From an uncultured Alphaproteobacteria bacterium (GTDB lineage: Bacteria; Pseudomonadota; Alphaproteobacteria; Micropepsales; Micropepsaceae): a DNA stretch of 64,000 bases. The stretch is taken from positions 728-64,727 of the forward strand of contig CAVVXX010000011.1 in the NCBI GenBank assembly GCA_963752395.1, given 5' to 3'. The notes under the pieces are model-generated. The model searched no databases and was not told the origin of the DNA. It saw nothing but the letters and a program-made list of their open reading frames with translations. Shown here piece by piece: positions 27,127 to 37,051 of the stretch. Made by a program: the position numbers and the translations under genes. Every line of letters begins with the position of its first letter. Within the stretch, counting starts at the first letter, position 1.

Positions 27127-28380
27127 ATGGCGGGGGCATCGACCTACAATCCGAAATCCGGTTTCACGCGCTGGCTCGACAAGCGGCTGCCGATCTTGCG
27201 TTTCGCCAACGACACGATGACGACGTTCCCAACGCCGCGCAATCTGAACATCTGGTACACCTTCGGCGGTATTCTCACCTTCATGCTGGTCGTGCAGATC
27301 GTGACGGGCATCGTGCTCGCCATGCACTACACGCCGGATTCGAACATGGCGTTCGATTCCGTCGAGCACATCATGCGCGACGTGAATTACGGCTGGCTGT
27401 TGCGCTATCTGCATTCCAACGGCGCGTCGTTCTTCTTCATCGCCGTTTACATCCACATTTTCCGCGGCATCTATTACGGCTCGTACAAAGCGCCCCGCGA
27501 AGTGCTGTGGATCCTGGGCGTCATCATCTACATGCTGATGATGGCGACTGCGTTCCTGGGCTACACTCTGCCTTGGGGTCAGATGTCGTTCTGGGCGGCC
27601 ACCGTCATCACCAACCTGTTCAGCGCCATTCCTTGGATAGGCGACACCATCGTCACCTGGCTGTGGGGCGGCTTCGCCGTGGACAACGCCACGCTGCAGC
27701 GCTTTTTCAGCCTGCACTACCTGCTGCCCTTTGTGATTGCGGGCGTGGTGGTGCTGCACATCTGGGCGCTGCATGTGCCGGGCAACAACAACCCGCTCGG
27801 CATCGACGTGAAGGGCCCGCAGGACACGGTTCCGTTCCATCCCTATTACACGGTGAAGGACGCGTTTTATCTTTCTCTGTTCGTCATCCTGTTTTTGGCT
27901 TTCGTGTTTTACGCGCCGGATTTCATGGGCCGCGCCGACAACTACACGCCGGCCAATCCGCTGGTGACGCCGCCGCATATCGTACCGGATTGGTATTTCC
28001 TACCCTTCTACGCGATTTTGCGCTCGATCCCGGACAAGCTCATCGGCGTGATTGCGCTGTTCGGTGCCATTATCACGCTGTTCTTCCTGCCGTGGCTCGA
28101 CACTTCGAAAGTGCGCTCGCTGCGCTTTCGGCCGATGATGAAGCAGTTCTTCTGGATCCTGGCAGTGGACTGCGTGTTGCTGGGTTACATCGGCTCGCAG
28201 CGCCCGGACGCGGTGTGGCATCTTTCGGGCTTCGATCTGCCGCTGGTTTGGCTCGCCCGTCTTGGCACGCTCTATTACTACGCGCATTTCTGGGTGATCA
28301 CGCCGATTGTGGGCCTGATTGAAACGCCGAAGCCATTACCCGACAGCATCGCCAAGGCGGTGTTGGCGGCGGCCGAGTGA
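27127..28380 (+). CDS. petB: Cytochrome b
   Basis: The ATG at 27127 lies inside ORF 26920-28380. The sequence includes [56 protein letters not shown] and [13 protein letters not shown]. Confidence 0.95.
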   Translation: MAGASTYNPKSGFTRWLDKRLPILRFANDTMTTFPTPRNLNIWYTFGGILTFMLVVQIVTGIVLAMHYTPDSNMAFDSVEHIMRDVNYGWLLRYLHSNGASFFFIAVYIHIFRGIYYGSYKAPREVLWILGVIIYMLMMATAFLGYTLPWGQMSFWAATVITNLFSAIPWIGDTIVTWLWGGFAVDNATLQRFFSLHYLLPFVIAGVVVLHIWALHVPGNNNPLGIDVKGPQDTVPFHPYYTVKDAFYLSLFVILFLAFVFYAPDFMGRADNYTPANPLVTPPHIVPDWYFLPFYAILRSIPDKLIGVIALFGAIITLFFLPWLDTSKVRSLRFRPMMKQFFWILAVDCVLLGYIGSQRPDAVWHLSGFDLPLVWLARLGTLYYYAHFWVITPIVGLIETPKPLPDSIAKAVLAAAE

Positions 28381-28391
28381 GGAACGGGCTC

Positions 28392-29324
28392 ATGCATATG
28401 TCTTTCCGGCTCGGCATCGCGGCGCTCGCCTGTTGCGCGCTTTCGGTGGCTGCATTGGCGCAGGACAACAGCACAGCACCAGCTCCGCCAACGAATACGG
28501 TAGCGCCCGCGCCCACATCCGCAAATGAAACTGCCGCGCCCGCTCCTGCGCCGGCCGAAGCGGCTGCACCTGCCGCGGATGCCGGCAGCGGCGTGCCGCC
28601 GCCCGCCATGCCGATGAAAGAGATGCAGTGGTCGTTCGATGGCCCAGCCGGCATGTACGACCGTGCGGCGCTGCAGCGGGGCTTTCAGATTTACAAGGAA
28701 GTCTGCTCGGCCTGTCACAGCCTGAAGCGCGTTGCCTTCCGCAATCTGGGCGATCCCGGCGGCCCGGGGTTCAGCGAAGCCGAAGTGAAGGCCATTGCGG
28801 CGGCATTTAAAGTGCCGGCGGAACCTGACGACCAGGGCCGCACCTATGACGATAGCGGCCAGCGCCTGACGCGGCCCGGTACGCCTTCCGATTATTTTCC
28901 GGGGCCGTTTGAAAACGACAAGGCCGCGCGCGCCGCCAACAATGGCGCGCTACCGCCCGATCTTTCCGTCATCATCAAGGCGCGCGAGGGCGGGCCCGAT
29001 TACGTCTATTCGATCCTGACGGGTTTTGGTCAGCCGGTGCCGGGCACGATGCACATGCAGACCAACATGAATTACAACCCGTATTTCGCGGGGCAACAGA
29101 TCGCCATGCCGCCGCCGTTAAGCGACGGCATCGTAAGCTATTCCGACGGCACCAAGGCCAGCGTCGATCAGATGGCGCGCGACGTGGTGACGTTTCTCTC
29201 CTGGGCCGCAGAACCCAAAATGGAAGAGCGCAAGCACTTGGGCTTCGGCGTGATGATCTATCTCATCGTGCTTTCGGGATTGCTTTATCTCGCCTACCAA
29301 CGCGTCTGGCACGGCAAACACTGA
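28392..29324 (+). CDS. petC: Cytochrome c1 with an Ala/Pro-rich N-terminal linker
   Basis: The ATG at 28392 follows GAGGAA (the ORF track starts at GTG 28377). It has a signal peptide, the heme motif CSACHSL and a C-terminal TM helix. It is separated from petB by a stop codon. Confidence 0.9.
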   Translation: MHMSFRLGIAALACCALSVAALAQDNSTAPAPPTNTVAPAPTSANETAAPAPAPAEAAAPAADAGSGVPPPAMPMKEMQWSFDGPAGMYDRAALQRGFQIYKEVCSACHSLKRVAFRNLGDPGGPGFSEAEVKAIAAAFKVPAEPDDQGRTYDDSGQRLTRPGTPSDYFPGPFENDKAARAANNGALPPDLSVIIKAREGGPDYVYSILTGFGQPVPGTMHMQTNMNYNPYFAGQQIAMPPPLSDGIVSYSDGTKASVDQMARDVVTFLSWAAEPKMEERKHLGFGVMIYLIVLSGLLYLAYQRVWHGKH

Positions 29325-29350
29325 GCCCCAAGGCTAGCCCAAACCATCAT

Positions 29351-29445
29351 TGTCATCGCCCGCGAATGCGGGCGACCCAGGTTATAAAGTCCTGAAACGT
29401 TTAAGCTTTCATCACCTGGATGGCCCGCATTTGCGGGCCATGACA
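29351..29445. repeat. MITE-like palindromic repeat, family 2, copy B
   Basis: The 31-bp terminal inverted repeats TGTCATCGCCCGCGAATGCGGGCGACCCAGG / CCTGGATGGCCCGCATTTGCGGGCCATGACA match at 27 of 31 positions. Each arm is itself a hairpin. Confidence 0.75.
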
Positions 29446-29511
29446 TGTGAATAAGTGCTGTGCTTGTGCGCGGTTCCTCCCGTGCTAAAACGCATCGCTT
29501 GTGGGGCATGA

Positions 29512-30387
29512 ATGACCAAAACTGTTCTCGGCATTATCGGCGGCAGCGGCGTCTATCAGATAGACGGCCTCGAAAACGCGCGCTGGACGCGGGTGGCAAG
29601 CCCATGGGGAGAGCCGTCGGACGAATTTCTCGTTGGACAGCTCGCTGGCGTCGACATGGTCTTCCTGCCGCGCCATGGGCGGGGCCATGTGCAATCGCCG
29701 ACCTCGATTCCCTACCGCGCCAATATTGATGCGTTGAAACGGCTGGGCGTTACCGACATCATTTCGGTTTCGGCCTGCGGAAGTTTCCGCGAGGAACTTT
29801 CGCCCGGCACCTTCGTGCTGGCCGACCAGTTCATCGACCGCACCTTCGCGCGCGAGAAAAGTTTCTTCGGCCGAGGCTTTGTCGCCCATGTCTCGATGGC
29901 GCATCCCGTCTGCCCCAAGCTGCTGGATGCGCTGGAAGCGGCCGCGCGCGAAGAGAAAATCGCCTACAAGCGCGGCGGAATTTATCTCGCCATGGAAGGC
30001 CCGCAATTTTCGAGCCTCGCCGAATCTAACCTTTACCGTTCCTGGGGGTGCGACGTGATCGGCATGACGGCGATGCCCGAAGCCAAGCTCGCGCGCGAGG
30101 CGGAACTGCCTTACGCGATTGTCGCCATGGTCACCGATTACGATTGCTGGCACCCGGACCACGATGCCGTCACAGTGGATCAGGTGATCAAGGTTCTGAT
30201 GAGCAACGCCGACAAGGGCCGCGCGCTGGTCAAACGCGTGGCGCCGAAGCTTGGGCCCATGCGCAAGCCGTCGCCGCTCGGCATCGAGCACACACTGGAT
30301 ACGGCGTTGATCACCGCCCCGGAAAAACGCGACCCCGCGATGATCAAAAAACTCGATGCGGTGGCGGGCAGGGTGCTGGGGAAATGA
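29512..30387 (+). CDS. mtnP: S-methyl-5'-thioadenosine phosphorylase
   Basis: 291-aa intact ORF with LGIIGGSGVY, FLPRHGRGH, ACGSFREE and MTAMPEAKLAREAELPYA motifs of MTAP. Confidence 0.9.
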   Translation: MTKTVLGIIGGSGVYQIDGLENARWTRVASPWGEPSDEFLVGQLAGVDMVFLPRHGRGHVQSPTSIPYRANIDALKRLGVTDIISVSACGSFREELSPGTFVLADQFIDRTFAREKSFFGRGFVAHVSMAHPVCPKLLDALEAAAREEKIAYKRGGIYLAMEGPQFSSLAESNLYRSWGCDVIGMTAMPEAKLAREAELPYAIVAMVTDYDCWHPDHDAVTVDQVIKVLMSNADKGRALVKRVAPKLGPMRKPSPLGIEHTLDTALITAPEKRDPAMIKKLDAVAGRVLGK

Positions 30388-30395
30388 AACACTAT

Positions 30396-30513
30396 TCGTC
30401 ATGGCCGCCCTTGAGGCGGCCATCCATCGCGCCCGTGTCAACGGGCGCATATGACTCATTGGCTCGCCAACGCTCACCTGATGGATGGGCGGGTCAAGCC
30501 CGCCCATGACGAG
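30396..30513. repeat. MITE-like palindromic repeat, family 1, copy C
   Basis: The termini are TCGTCATGGCC...GGGCGGGTCAAGCCCGCCCATGACGAG. It is homologous to 13298-13416, with paired (compensatory) differences in the hairpin arms. Its 3' flank GAGGTGA forms the SD of apt. Confidence 0.75.
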
Positions 30514-30521
30514 GTGATCAT

Positions 30522-31053
30522 ATGGACTTCTCAACCGTCATCCGCTCGATCCCCGATTATCCCAAGAAGGGGATCATCTTCCGCGACATCACCACGCTTC
30601 TTGGGCAACCCGCGCGCCTTTCGCAGCGCGGTGGACGAGCTGGTGCAGCCCTATGCCGGCGTTCGCATCGACAAGGTGGCCGGCATCGAAGCGCGCGGCT
30701 TTATTCTTGGCGGCGCCGTGGCGCATCAGCTTTCCGCGCGGCTTCGTGCCGGTGCGCAAGAAGGGCAAGCTGCCGTGGAAAAGCTATCGGCGTCGAATAC
30801 AGCTGGAATACGGCACAGACCGCGTCGAAATCCACGAAGATGCGGTGAGCCAAGGGCGACCACGTGCATCATGGTGGACGATCTTATCGCCACGGGGGGC
30901 ACCTGTTTCGCCGCGATCAAGCTGATCGAGCAGGCCGGGGCGCGCGGTGATCGGCTGCTGCTTCGTCATCGACTTCCCGAGCTCGGCGGCGCCGACAAAA
31001 TCCGCGCGCTCGGCAAGGAAGTAACCACGCTGGTCTCGTTCGAGGGCCATTAA
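30522..31053 (+). pseudogene. apt: Adenine phosphoribosyltransferase, multiply frameshifted
   Basis: A full Apt sequence is readable only by hopping between frames: [28 protein letters not shown] / [44 protein letters not shown] / [12 protein letters not shown] / GKAIGVEYS / [18 protein letters not shown] / [12 protein letters not shown]...IEQAG / ...LPELGGADKIRALGKEVTTLVSFEGH. I count at least 6-8 single-base indels. Confidence 0.85.
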
Positions 31054-31060
31054 GCGCAAC

Positions 31061-31175
31061 TGTCATCCCCGGCGCGCGTGAACGCGAGTTCACGCGAGGG
31101 AAGGGGATCCAGGTTGTTGTTGGACCTAATCCCTTCCCCTCGCGATGCTGTCGCATCGCTCGGCCGGGAATGACA
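31061..31175. repeat. MITE-like palindromic repeat, TGTCAT...ATGACA type, copy D
   Basis: The termini are TGTCATCCCCGGC / GCCGGGAATGACA. There is a perfect internal 15-bp inverted repeat GCGAGGGAAGGGGAT / ATCCCTTCCCCTCGC. Confidence 0.7.
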
Positions 31176-31373
31176 TAAATGGATGAGAAGGTAGGAGAGC
31201 ATTGAGCGGGGATAAGAAATTATTTTCTTAAGTCCCGCATGATGGCCGGCGAGGATAAGTCGATTCTGAATGAAACAGGGCTTGAACAGCGTGCCGCTCG
31301 CTGCCATCTCTAGGGCCATCTCCCCAATTGCGTCTGAGGCGCGGCAACGCGCAGAGAGATTGTTGAGCAAGGC

Positions 31374-32532
<1,159 letters not shown>

Positions 32533-32611
32533 GGAATGATATAACCTGGCCTCATCCAAAGGAGCGCCCTCGCCGCGTCTCGAAGGGGGAGGCCGTTGAG
32601 CGGAACGTACG

Positions 32612-34679
32612 ATGAAAAGCCTGTGGTCCGACGCGGAAGCGCCAAATGCGTCGAACGCTACGCCGAAAAGGGCGTCGAGCCGAGGACATGGCGTTGCGCG
32701 TCTACACCACGCGGCTGCTGGGCGGCGATCCCAAGCTGGTGCTGCATGGCGGCGGCAACACATCGGTCAAGACGACGATGCAGGACATGATCGGCGATAC
32801 GGTCGACGTGATCTGCGTCAAGGGCTCGGGCTGGGACATGGGCAATATCGAACCGCCGGGTCTGCCGGCCATGAGCCTCGCCGCGCTGCGCCGCCTGCGC
32901 AAGCTCGACAAGCTCTCTGACGAGGACATGGTCAATTTCCAGCGGATCAATCTCCTGGATGCCGCCGCGCCGAACCCGTCGGTCGAAACGCTGCTGCACG
33001 CCTTCCTGCCGCACAAATTCGTCGACCACTCGCATTCGTCGGCGGTGGTGTCGATCACCGATCAGCCGGACGGCGAGCGCTCTCGGTCGAAACTTTCGGC
33101 GAGAACATGGCCTACGTGCCGTATCACATTCCGGGCTTCGCGCTGTCGAAAAGGGTGGCCGAGGCGTACGAGAAGAACCCGAAGGTGCAGGGCATCGTTC
33201 TGCTGCGCCATGGCATCTTCACTTTCGGCAACGATGCGCGCACGGCCTATGAGCTGATGCTCGAATTGGTGACGCGCGCGGAAGAGCGCCTCGCCGCAAC
33301 CGCAAAACATCTGGTGCAGGCAAGGCTGCCAAATGCGATCGCGCGCCTGGAGGACGTGGCGCCGATCCTGCGCGGCGCCGTTGCGCGATTCGAAACGACC
33401 GCGCATCGGGCACGGCCAAGCGGCAGATCCTTGATTTCCGCACCTCGCCCGCAAATTCCTGAATTACGTGAACGGCGCGGAGGTTGCAGCCGCTATTCGC
33501 AGGTCGGCGTGGCGACGCCCGATCACACCATCCGCACCAAGGACTGGCCACTGGTGGTGCCCGCGCCCGAAGCGGGCCAGCTGCACGAATGGGCGGCGCA
33601 TGCGCAGGAAGCGGCGGGGCGTTTCGTCGAGCAACTATCATGCTTATTTCCGCCGCAACAACGAGCACGCGAACCCAAAAAAGACGATGCTCGATCCGTT
33701 GCCCGCGCGTGGCGCTGGTGCCGGGTCTCGGCCTGTTCGGTTTGGGCGCCTCGGCAAAAGACGCAGCCATCGCCGCCGACATCGCCGAAGCACGGTCACG
33801 GTCATCACCGATGCGGAAGCGATAGGCCGCTATCAATCGATCCCAGAGGCCGACCTGTTCGAGATCGAATATTGGTCGCTGGAACAGGCGAAACTCGGCA
33901 AGGGGGTGGAGAAATCACTGGCGCGCCAGGTGGCCGTCATCACCGGCGGCGGTTCGGGCATCGGTGCCGCCACGGCCAAAGCCATGGCGCGCGAAGGCGC
34001 CGAAGTCGCCATGCTGGACCGCGATCTTCATGGCCGCCCAAGAGGCCGCCAAGACGATCGGCTTATACGCGCTGGCGCTGGCCTGCGACGTGACCGACGA
34101 AAAAGCCGTGCGCGCGGCATTCGACAAAGTGGCCGAAACCTTCGGCGGCGTCGACATCGTGGTTTCGAACGCGGGCGCCGCATGGCAGGGCCGCATCGGC
34201 GAAGTGGAAGATGAAAACCTTCGCAAATCTTTCGAGTTGAATTTCTTCGCCCACCAAAGCGTGGCGCAGGCCGCCGTGCGCATAATGGTGGCGCAGGGCA
34301 CCGGCGGCGTGCTGCTGTTCAATACCTCAAAGCAGGCGGTGAATCCCGGCAAGGATTTCGGGCCCTATGGCCTGCCCAAGGCGGCCACGATGTTCCTGAT
34401 GAAGCAATACGCGCTCGATCACGGCAAGGACGGCATCCGCTCCAACGCGGTCAATGCCGATCGAATCCGCACTGGTCTTTTGACCGACGAAATGGTCGAC
34501 GCGCGCGCGCCAAGGCGCGGGGCATTTCCGAAAAAGATTACATGGGGGGAAATCTGTTGGGCCGCGAAGTCACCGCCGAAGACGTGGCGGAGGCGTTTGT
34601 GTTCCTGGCGCTGGCGCGCAAGACCACCGCCGCGTTCATCACCGTCGATGGCGGCAATATCGAAGCGTCACTCAGATAA
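32612..34679 (+). pseudogene. Bifunctional class II aldolase / short-chain dehydrogenase (about 690 aa architecture), multiply frameshifted
   Basis: The aldolase part reads [10 protein letters not shown] / KCVERYAEKGVEP / LRVYTTRLLGGDPKLVLHGGGNTSVK...HSHSSAVVSITDQPDG / MAYVPYHIPGFALSKRV... The SDR part reads ...VAVITGGGSGIGAATAKAMAREGAEVAMLDR / ...GGVDIVVSNAG...YGLPKAA... / ...EDVAEAFVFLALARKTTAAFITVDGGNIEASLR*. I count at least 11 frame changes. The stop is at 34677-34679. Confidence 0.8.
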
Positions 34680-34685
34680 AAAAAG

Positions 34686-34776
34686 TGTCATGGCCCGCGA
34701 ATGCGGGCCACCCAGGTGACAACTGATAGATAGCGGCCTTCATAAACTGGGTCACCCGCATTCGCGGGTGATGACA
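34686..34776. repeat. MITE-like palindromic repeat, family 2, copy E
   Basis: The arms are TGTCATGGCCCGCGAATGCGGGCCACCCAGG...ACTGGGTCACCCGCATTCGCGGGTGATGACA. It fills the whole gap between two convergent stop codons (34679 and 34778). Confidence 0.75.
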
Positions 34777-34777
34777 G

Positions 34778-35239
34778 TTATGGCTTTGGCTTTTTTGGAA
34801 TCAACACGCGGCCGATGAAGGACATCATCAGCTCATCGTTCTCGTCGCGCGCTTCGTTGCTGGCTTCCAGCAGCCCAAGCTCTGGCCGCGATCTCCAGTC
34901 GAGCTTGGCGATATTCTCGGTCGAATAGGTAAGCGTCATGCCGGGGCGCACCGGCTTGAACCAGCGCATCTCGCGAAAGCCAGGCGAGACGAAGCCGGCT
35001 TGTGCGCGCTCTTGGGACACATTGCGATGCAAATAGGCCACCATCAGCTTCATCCACACGGACGCCGTGTGCCAGCCGCTGGCGATAATGCCGCCATAGG
35101 GCGATTTGGCGGCGGCAGCACGATCGATATGAAAGGGTTGCGGATCGTATTTTCGTGCGAAATCCACGATCGCTTCTTCGCTGAACGTATACGTTCCGAT
35201 CACAATGCGGTTGTTGAGCGGGATATCTTCGAACCACAT
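34778..35239 (-). CDS. MaoC-like (hot-dog fold) dehydratase
   Basis: 153-aa ORF. FARKYDPQPFHIDRAAAAKSPYGGIIASGWHTASVWMKLM is the MaoC/R-hydratase motif region. Confidence 0.8.
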   Translation of the reverse strand: MWFEDIPLNNRIVIGTYTFSEEAIVDFARKYDPQPFHIDRAAAAKSPYGGIIASGWHTASVWMKLMVAYLHRNVSQERAQAGFVSPGFREMRWFKPVRPGMTLTYSTENIAKLDWRSRPELGLLEASNEARDENDELMMSFIGRVLIPKKPKP

Positions 35240-35241
35240 GC

Positions 35242-35688
35242 TCAGCCCCGCGTCGCGAATATTGGCCAGGTGGTGAAACTCAACACCTTCTCAGACCCTC
35301 GAAAGATTTCACATTTGAAATTGACGAATCCGCGCCCGCCTTTGGATGACGGCCGCACGCCAATCACTTCTGCTCGCCCGCGCAATGTGTCGCTTGGGCG
35401 CACCGGCTTGTGCCAGCGGGCATCATCCACGCTGACGCCGCCGATGCTTGTCGAACGATTGAACAACCCGTCCACCAGAAGGCGCATGGCAATGGCGCAG
35501 GTGTGCCAGCCGCTGGCGATCAGCCCGCCCACCATGGATTTGCGGGCGGCCTCCGCATCGACATGCATCGGCTGCGGATCGAATTCACGCGCGAATTCGA
35601 TGATCTCCTCGGCGGTTACCAGGTAACTACCGAGATCGAATGTCTGGCCAGCCTGAAAATCCTCGAAGTGAAGAAGCTTTTCCGTCAA
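35242..35688 (-). CDS. MaoC-like (hot-dog fold) dehydratase, tandem paralog
   Basis: 148-aa ORF. FAREFDPQPMHVDAEAARKSMVGGLIASGWHTCAIAMRLL. It lies 2 nt upstream of its paralog. Confidence 0.8.
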   Translation of the reverse strand: MTEKLLHFEDFQAGQTFDLGSYLVTAEEIIEFAREFDPQPMHVDAEAARKSMVGGLIASGWHTCAIAMRLLVDGLFNRSTSIGGVSVDDARWHKPVRPSDTLRGRAEVIGVRPSSKGGRGFVNFKCEIFRGSEKVLSFTTWPIFATRG

Positions 35689-36416
35689 GCAGGATTGCCC
35701 GTAACCATCACGGGCTTCTCACGGTACATCTCGGGGAACAGCTGCTTCAGATTCTCGATCTTCGGCAGGTCGTTATAGACGATGTATGGGGCCGCCGGAT
35801 TGTGAATGAGATAGTCCTGGTGATAGCTCTCGGCAAGATAAAATCCCGTCAGCGCTTCCACCTTGGTCACGATTGGCTGCGAGAATGCGCCCGATTTGTC
35901 GAGCTGCGCGATATAGGCTTCGGCAATCTTCTTCTGCGCCGCATCGGCATAGAAGATTTCCGAGCGATATTGCGTGCCGTGATCGGGGCCTTGATAGTTG
36001 AGCTCGGTCGGATCGTGCGCTACCGAAAAATATATGCGCAGGATTTCGCCGTAACTTATCTGCGATGGATCGAAAGTAATTTGCACCGATTCGGCGTGAC
36101 CCGTAACGCCAGTGCTGACGATGCCATAAACAGCTGCCGATTGGCTGCCACCGGAATAGCCCGAGAGCACTTGCTTCACGCCCTTCACATGCTCAAACAC
36201 ACCTTGCATGCCCCAGAAGCATCCGCCGGCCAGCACCGCGGTCTGCACGGCGCCGGGTGTTTTCGGATTATCCATCGTTGCCGCCGGGACCAGCGTTGCG
36301 TCTTCAGCATGCGCAAAATTGAGCGACAGGAAGCCCAGCGCCGCGAGCGTCAAAGCTCCGGCAATAATCAGCGCAATGGTGCGCTTGGTCTGGCTGGTGT
36401 GAGGGGCAGGGGACAT
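35685..36416 (-). CDS. msrA: Peptide-methionine (S)-S-oxide reductase MsrA with an N-terminal export signal
   Basis: 243-aa ORF with the catalytic GGCFWGMQGVF, HDPTELNYQGPDHGTQYRS, and an N-terminal TM/signal segment IALIIAGALTLAALGFLSLNFAHA. Confidence 0.9.
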   Translation of the reverse strand: MSPAPHTSQTKRTIALIIAGALTLAALGFLSLNFAHAEDATLVPAATMDNPKTPGAVQTAVLAGGCFWGMQGVFEHVKGVKQVLSGYSGGSQSAAVYGIVSTGVTGHAESVQITFDPSQISYGEILRIYFSVAHDPTELNYQGPDHGTQYRSEIFYADAAQKKIAEAYIAQLDKSGAFSQPIVTKVEALTGFYLAESYHQDYLIHNPAAPYIVYNDLPKIENLKQLFPEMYREKPVMVTGNPA

Positions 36417-36431
36417 GGATTGCTCCTTTGG

Positions 36432-36977
36432 TTACGCGCGCGCGACAAAACGCAACGCGGCAGAATTCATACAGTAACGCAGGCCTGTGGGTTGGGGTCC
36501 GTCGTCGAAGACATGCCCCAGATGCGCGTCACAGCGGGTGCAAGAAATCGCCTTACGCGGATAGACAAGAAGATAGTCCGTGGCCTCGCGTACATTCAAT
36601 TTTGAGATCGGCTGCCAGAAGCTCGGCCAGCCGGTATGGGATTCGTATTTCGTTTTCGAATCGTACAGTGCCGTGTCACAGCATATGCAGCGATAAAGGC
36701 CATCGGCATGGTTGTCCCACAGCGCGCCTGTGTAAGCGCGTTCCGTATCAGCTTCGCGCGTGACATGGAAAGATTCATCGTTCAATTGTTTGCGCCACTC
36801 GGCTTCTGTTTTCACGACCTTTGGCACGCGAACTTTGCCCAGGCTTTTTCCCGCAGAAGAGAAAGTTTCTATGGTGACTTGGTTGGTGGATCTCGCAGGC
36901 GCGGCCGCGGAAAGCAGCATCGCAGCCGAACCAAGCATAATGGATCGTCTGGAAATCTGCTTGTAAATCAGTGGCAT
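36432..36977 (-). CDS. msrB: Peptide-methionine (R)-S-oxide reductase MsrB with a Tat-like signal
   Basis: The internal ATG at 36977 of ORF 36432-37055 starts MPLIYKQISRRSIMLGSAAMLLSAAAPA. The sequence contains the CxxC pairs CICCDTALY and CTRCDAHLGHVFDDGP, and RYCMNS. Confidence 0.85.
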   Translation of the reverse strand: MPLIYKQISRRSIMLGSAAMLLSAAAPARSTNQVTIETFSSAGKSLGKVRVPKVVKTEAEWRKQLNDESFHVTREADTERAYTGALWDNHADGLYRCICCDTALYDSKTKYESHTGWPSFWQPISKLNVREATDYLLVYPRKAISCTRCDAHLGHVFDDGPQPTGLRYCMNSAALRFVARA

Positions 36978-37051
36978 AGACAAGTCTCCCGCATCGGGAC
37001 CGGGATAAAGCACCAGCATTTGGACGATATTACGGCAGAGGGCCGCGGCAA

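Noticed and set aside
26721-28322. A 533-aa same-strand ORF overlapping the petA end and most of petB.
   Set aside because: It is an Arg/His/Pro-rich out-of-frame translation of a high-GC gene. The petB frame gives a canonical cytochrome b.
27127-29324. A fused cytochrome b-c1 gene (fbcH type).
   Set aside because: A TGA stop at 28378-28380 ends petB. petC has its own SD, start codon and signal peptide.
31176-31373. A possible SAM-type riboswitch upstream of mtnA (AAGAAATTATTTTCTT near-palindrome).
   Set aside because: I found no recognisable SAM-II, SAM-V or SAM-SAH core. The region also lies in the error-prone block, so weak motifs are unreliable.
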